NCBI GenBank assembly: GCA_951406725.2
Contig: OX597825.1
Coordinates: 8,866,001 to 8,930,000 of the forward strand
Reading direction: 5' to 3'
Origin: Octopus vulgaris
Taxonomy: Eukaryota
Length of the DNA: 64,000 nt
Position numbers and translations under genes: made by a program. Numbering within the stretch: position 1 is the first letter of the stretch; every line of letters starts with the position of its first letter. Below, one piece after another: positions 57,541 to 64,000 of the stretch. Under the pieces are notes generated by a model. That model saw only the letters and a program-made list of their open reading frames with translations. It had not been told where the DNA came from and ran no database searches.

Positions 57541-59196
57541 ATAATAATTCTCACTATGTGACACGTGAACGACAGTTGGCCCCGTATCTTCATCCAAATA
57601 TTGCTCCGGAGTTAAGAGCTAATTCGCTGTCCATTCGACCTCTTTCCAAGCACTATAGCAGTTGAAGAAATACTTCAGCGATATACAGAACCAGAGTATT
57701 CAACAGAAATATGGTAAGTATATTTGTAAGTGTTTAATCGACATGCTATTATGTGTGATCTGTTTAAATATGTTTAGCTATGGAAATTCTGGTGACTTCG
57801 GCAATCACTGAACAATTTTAGGATAATATACTACTTTCATGACAGAAGGGAATGCGAGAGGACCAAAGTGTACAGGTCAGAAAGGAAACTACTTACACAT
57901 GTGGCTTTGAGGCGCACTTAAGTTGGTTGACGAAAGAAAGAGAGGAAGTAAGCAGTAATGGTATTTGTGTAACAGCGGATCCAAGAAGAGGAAGTTTGAA
58001 GAGAACTAAAATGTAACCACTGCGTTAAACTCCAGCAATATAGGAGAGAAATTATTGTGTTCGTGAATCAGGATCTATATATATTTATGCCAACGTTGAA
58101 GTATACATACAAGTAAACGCTGTCCTTCCCTCGTCCTTGCAGTACGCAACTATCTTTATACTGCACTGGCGTCCGAATGGGTAACAAATAAGTGTGAACA
58201 ATAGCTCCAAACAATAAAAGGAAGGAGCAAAAGAAACAGGTTATGTTCAATAATGTTTTCATTTACGGGAAGGAGAATCGCCTGCTGTGGAGTACAGTGA
58301 TTTCGTTTCCTACGAGAATGCACATTTGACGAAGATGAAAGTTCTACTTTTAGAAATGAAATAATATGGGCAATATATTTATTTGGAAGGAATAAGAAAG
58401 AATCGTGATCTCCAGATAATAGGATAATATTTGAAAATTAAATTAGGCATTCCTTGAAAACAGGAGTTGGAGTGTGTTGCAGCTAATGTGTAAAGTGACA
58501 AAACATTTTGGTTGCATTTGGGTACACAGTTTTCCAATATAACTGTTGGCAAGTGAGACGAATCGTGCGTTGGTCGGATCCAAAATATCTGGGGTACAAT
58601 CAACGCATTTCGATTTAATGATTTAATGCTATAGTGAGATGATATATGAATATATATTTTAAAGTACTGGAATTAACTTTTTTCTTTTAATAGCTAAATA
58701 ACATTACGGAAATTGGATTTGAATTTCCAAAATGAACACTATGTACGCGCCAACATATCATGGACTCTATATTATTTTGCACAATCGCTAACATATCACT
58801 GAAATTGTATTGTAAATGTATCGTTAAAATATGGACGGATCAATTTTTGGATGCTATATATTTCAACGCCTAGATTTGATTTCTTGTGCAATTATTCTTG
58901 GCATTTTTAACTAATACCTCCAGGACTAATAATTCTCGGACTGCTTAATTCTCTTATTCAAAATTATTGTTCTACATTTCAAAGTCATTTTCCATAATCC
59001 TGCATCCGTTCGGGGGCGATGGCATAAGCACGAGATGAGCATATGTATCGCTGCAATCGTCTAACACATTTCCAGTGAAACATTGCTGGTCTTGTGCCAA
59101 AATTTGAAACAATTATTATATACTACGCCTAAATTATTTGCGGTTTGGTTCTCATATAATCTTCTAAATACTAAGAATATTTCTATATTTAAATAA

Positions 59197-59646
59197 CTAG
59201 CTCTATAGCCCGGCGTTGCTCGGGTGTTTTTTAGTTGCACTTAAAACGGCAGATGTTGATGTCGCGTTAACCAAGTATTGACCAAGTTTCAATTTTTTTG
59301 AAGATTAAAAAAAAAAGCATTATGTGGCATATTATTCTCTTTAAGTGAACATTTTTCTGGTTGAATTACATCGAAAAATGGAGATACAGAAGTCAAATAA
59401 TCGTAAAAAAATAGGGATTGTCATAGAAAAAATGCACCTTTTTATTGTAAATGATTTTTGGTGTTAACATGGTCCGATTTGAATTATTTCTTCTACGGAA
59501 GGAAGTGCAAGCCTTCTTCTATCATACTCTCAATTTTGGTCAACTTGCGCAGCAGGGTCTCGGAGGCGATAGTGTTAGTTGAAGGCTACCAAACCTGCCA
59601 CACACACACACACACACAAACACAGCTTCAGCTTTATATATATAGA
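59197..59646 (-). mobile_element. Non-autonomous Helitron
   Basis: Minus strand A|TCTATATATATAAAG ... ACCCGAGCAACGCCGGGCTATAGAGCTAG|T: 5' TC, 3' hairpin + CTAG, AT target. Confidence 0.85.
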
Positions 59647-60043
59647 TTACTGAAATTAATTTTGTACAATTTGATTTCTCTCACACATTCTTATACCATT
59701 ACTGCATACATAAACATATAAGACAACGTTATAAAAATGAAATAATTTTATCATTTTACTTAAAACTTCCAATTAATTTTGCTTTGGTTTAGCAAATAAT
59801 TTAAAGTTATTAAAAATCTATTGGAAATCTACTAATGATAAGAATATCTTCAGCTACATTTCTTTATTATGCATGTAGGCATATATATTTACTATTTCAA
59901 TCTATTTTTCATTAATGTAAGCCATTGTTAAATGGCTTTTAAAACAACTTAGCAAATATTGTCAACACTACTTTTAATAAGCCAATACTACTTCTCAGTT
60001 GAGTAGCCATTCCGAGGAATTGGAGAATTCCTGGATTATTATT

Positions 60044-61092
60044 CACGTGCCACCCAGCTCAGCTCTGTGTGCCTTGGCTATGTGCTATGGTATGTTGTGA
60101 TGCTCTTATTTTTACTGTATGTAAAGTGTTTTACGTAGTAAGTGTGGGATCCCGAGTAGTTCAATTTTTCTGTATGTTATATATACTTTTTAGCCCTGGT
60201 GTTTTTGCTATGTATTTGTCTGAATATAAGTTAACCTAATGCGACTACTATTATAGAGGAATTATTTCTGTTTTTAGACACCACATTCGTGTTACCTCTA
60301 TTTCTAGATCCTTGTATTTTGGAAGTTTCTCCGTCTCTTTAAGAGAAACATTTTCATCTGTTGGTACTCATACCTTGATTAAATAGTACTTTTTCTTGAT
60401 CTCTGGCAACTATTTCCAGCATATTGACCTTAATTTCTCTATCTTTGTATGTTGACATATCCCAGACTATGGCTGCTCTCTCATTTTCTGTGACCTGTTC
60501 TGGCGTGTGCCTATACTATATATTTTCTGTTGTTATTCCATAGTGTTGCCATAGCTTCTAGTGTATATAAACCCCAACTGTGCCGTGTCTGTGAATACAC
60601 TCTTTCTTAGCCAGGACTGGACAGTCAGAGACAAAAATAGTTATTCTTTCTTCTCCATCCTCATATATTCTACTGTTATTTGTTGTGTTTCTTTTCATTA
60701 TATGTTTTTGGTAATTTCTGGTGGGGGTGGGGGGCGTGATCTTGTGCTGCAATTCAAAATCTTTCTCTCTCGCCTTTGAGCCCTGAGCTTCATTGTTGGG
60801 TTTTTGCTTAGTCTATTTCTTTTCCGTCTAATCTAACCCAGTATTTTCCATGAAGGGGCTTCTCTTGCCATCGTTTTATCATGATCCGGTGCTGTTCCAG
60901 TTTTAGTTTAGATTTCAGTTGTTCCACATCTTTCGTTGTTTCTTTTTCTCTACATTTGTTAGGTACTGTGATTTCTTTTTTGTATTTGTCAGCATACTTA
61001 CAGCCTGAAAACAGTTTTTGGGTTTGTTCGTGTTTTGTGGCTATTTGTATTAGTTTACCTTGCTTCTGCTGTAGGTATTTCTGCAGTCCCAT
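60044..61092 (-). mobile_element. Diverged copy of the 27714 R4/Dong-like family, 5'-truncated
   Basis: GLQKYLQQKQGKLIQIATKHEQTQKLFS...[14 protein letters not shown]; TAA repeats on both sides in element orientation. Confidence 0.92.
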
Positions 61093-61093
61093 C

Positions 61094-61170
<77 letters not shown>

Positions 61171-63512
61171 TATTATTTTAATTTTTATTAAACCTATTAC
61201 ATTCTATATACTTAAGGATGTTATCTTGAGGATTCATAAGACGAAATTTCTTTCTGAGAATTGTTAACCTGCGGGGAAATGATTTGAAATTAAAGGAATC
61301 TTTGTTAAAATCTTAAATAGTTGTTTCACCGGGGAAACGAAAGGGATTATGAATTTACCCTAAATAGCATATATTTTACAATCTTTTACTTGCTGGTGTC
61401 AGTTCCTTTACTCTCTTGGAATTAAACGTCGATAATACAATCTAGCAAATTCAGAACAGCCATTCATGCTATTCGTATAACTCTTAAGAGAATATTTCTC
61501 CCCAGTTTGTTGTTCTACGGCAGTCACTGACATTTAAAAGTAGGGTTATAATAGTACAATAACAGAAAGAAAGAGAGCAATGATAATAAACAAAGGTAAA
61601 GGAAGTAAACGCTATGTATTTAACGAGAAGACGAACAAAACAAGAAGGGCCATCAAGAATAACAACAGAGAGCAAACAGAACACTTAACTTCTTGATATC
61701 TATCTGTCCAACTCTCCGTCTTTCTGTTCAAAGTTCTATATCTATCTTCCGTTTATCTCTTCTTGTTACTGTCACTCGGTGTAACATATCTATCTCTGTG
61801 TCTGTCACTCTTTTATTTCTATTTACCTATCTATCTGCATTTCTATGTTTCTTTCTAACACAGAAGCTACATGTGTCATTGTTTATCAAGTTATTTGTCC
61901 GTTTATTTTTCTCTGCATCTGTCTATCCCCATCAGTCTATCTATTTATCTATCTGTCTATATACCTGTAACTCTAGTTATGTGTCTGTCCATCGCTGTTC
62001 ATTATTGTATTATTGTTTGTCTATCTATGTATCTGTCTCTTTGTTTGTTTGTGTATGTATCTATATATTCACCTTTCTATTAATCTGTATATCTGTTTGT
62101 CTACCTATGTATCAATCTGCCTATCTTTTAATCATCATAGCTTTTACCTTGATACATCTCACCCAGCCTACCAGCAACTTCGACTAACAGTTGCTGCCTG
62201 TCTACCTCAGTTTTATCAATTCCATTATTTCAAGGAGATACCTGAATGGTAGTTTAACACAACCGTTTATGATGAACACTTATATGGATTTAACAATTTA
62301 TCATGCATAAAGGAATTGTAATTTCATTCACAGCAGCAATGCAGTGGCAGCTGGTGAGAGAAACTAAACTGCATCAAGAGACACAGTGAATGTTAGAGAG
62401 ACTTTTAGAAGAACAAAACAGAAATCCTATCACGATATGCACTTCGACACAGAAATACAAAGTAACTGTCATCTAAAATACAATGTCACCATGTTCTGAT
62501 AGAAAATTATTAATTGTTCTGGACAAAACAAACAATGAATCGTGCTTTAGGAAAAATCCATATAATAAAACCAATATAATGATAGATTGCTACTTATGAA
62601 GGTGTCAATTGTCAATACTGTTTTGTTGTTGAGGGCTAAAATCTTTGGAATATACTCGAAACATGATAACCGTTTATTTCCTTGGCATACTTTAATAAAA
62701 CGTAAAGTGACCACGTTGTGATTTAAACGCAAAATATAAATACCTAACATGTATGGTACTTAAAATGACAGTGGTAATCCACCCCATTTCACTCTACTAT
62801 TATGATTTTAGAAATAGTGACAGTTTATTTTCAGATATAAATAAGCTACGTACACTTGAACCAAATTGAATGTTTACATTTTTGAATATTTTAATTGCTT
62901 TCCGGCAATCAATTGACTTACACTAAAATTTTGTTAAGTACTCAAATCCCCATATTTTATTCACATTGATAATATCTAATTTCGGTCACACATAAATAAT
63001 TGTATAGAAGACGTGTATTCTCGCGATTACAGTTCCGAACTCACACACGTACTCACACACGCGTGCGCACTCACACACAACTGCATAACAACATTCTCCA
63101 ATACATAGAGTAGGCATCTATTATTGAATAAAATAGAATTAATATATTCTTGTGTACTTTAAACGATTTAATATCTTGGCACTGTCAGCGTAATCAATCA
63201 ATCATTCCCAAATGTGATTCAATATATTATTTATACGTTTTTATTATACATGTGTATTAAATTAGATTTATCTACATATAAACTATTCTTGGTTCACAGT
63301 TAACATACTTTCTGGTAGATAATCATCAGTTTTTCTTTGTTTTCTGGCCGTAGAATATTAGTATGAAATATGGAATGCATTCATAATTATTTATTTCAGT
63401 TATCATGCATATTTGCACCGGAATATATTTATTTACACAAAAATATATGAATCCATACACAGATTTATATAAGTAATGCGTGCATATGGATATATGTATT
63501 ATGAATGTGTTC

Positions 63513-63514
<2 letters not shown>

Positions 63515-63549
<35 letters not shown>

Positions 63550-63570
63550 TATATATATATGCCTATATAT

Positions 63571-63639
<69 letters not shown>

Positions 63640-63808
63640 TACATATATATATATATACATATATATATATACTTATATATATGTATATATATGTATATAT
63701 ATATATATATGTATTTATATATATATATATATATGTATATGTATATATATGTTTGTTTGTACTCCACCTGCCTTCGTCTTTTCTTTATTTTCATAAAGCT
63801 TCCCGTTC

Positions 63809-63840
<32 letters not shown>

Positions 63841-63849
63841 CATATATAC

Positions 63850-63916
<67 letters not shown>

Positions 63917-63940
63917 TATATATATATATAGTATATATAA

Positions 63941-64000
<60 letters not shown>
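63515..64000. repeat. (TA)n-rich tract containing a Penelope-LTR-like tail (63750-63808)
   Basis: CTCCACCTGCCTTCGTCTTTT.TTTATTTTCATAAAGCTTCCCGTT matches the 7531-7590 end. Confidence 0.9.

Overview
AT-rich, microsatellite-dense eukaryotic DNA with no securely identifiable host gene. The repeat families (tRNA-headed SINEs, R4/Dong-like LINEs, Penelope-like remnants) suggest an octopus or other coleoid cephalopod; this is inferred from repeat recognition. Almost all ORF-track entries are translated (TA)n/(CA)n/(TAA)n repeats. The real coding content is transposon-derived: one near-intact 5'-truncated R4/Dong-like RT + restriction-like endonuclease element (27714-29808), several decayed relatives, Penelope-like RT and GIY-YIG remnants, and Tc1/mariner remnants. 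There are also two non-autonomous Helitrons and several MITEs. The most interesting signals are RNA-level: (1) a canonical minimal hammerhead ribozyme downstream of a 73-nt tRNA-like module in a Penelope 3' end; (2) a ~600-bp-arm inverted repeat whose ends carry a hammerhead-like motif with a compensatory U3-A8 core; (3) a family of short (TA)n-associated elements carrying an A6U hammerhead-like core; (4) a 5-kb stack of different retroelements separated by (TAA)n tracts, including a ~555-bp non-coding element of unknown type. All calls were made by eye; boundaries of decayed elements are approximate.
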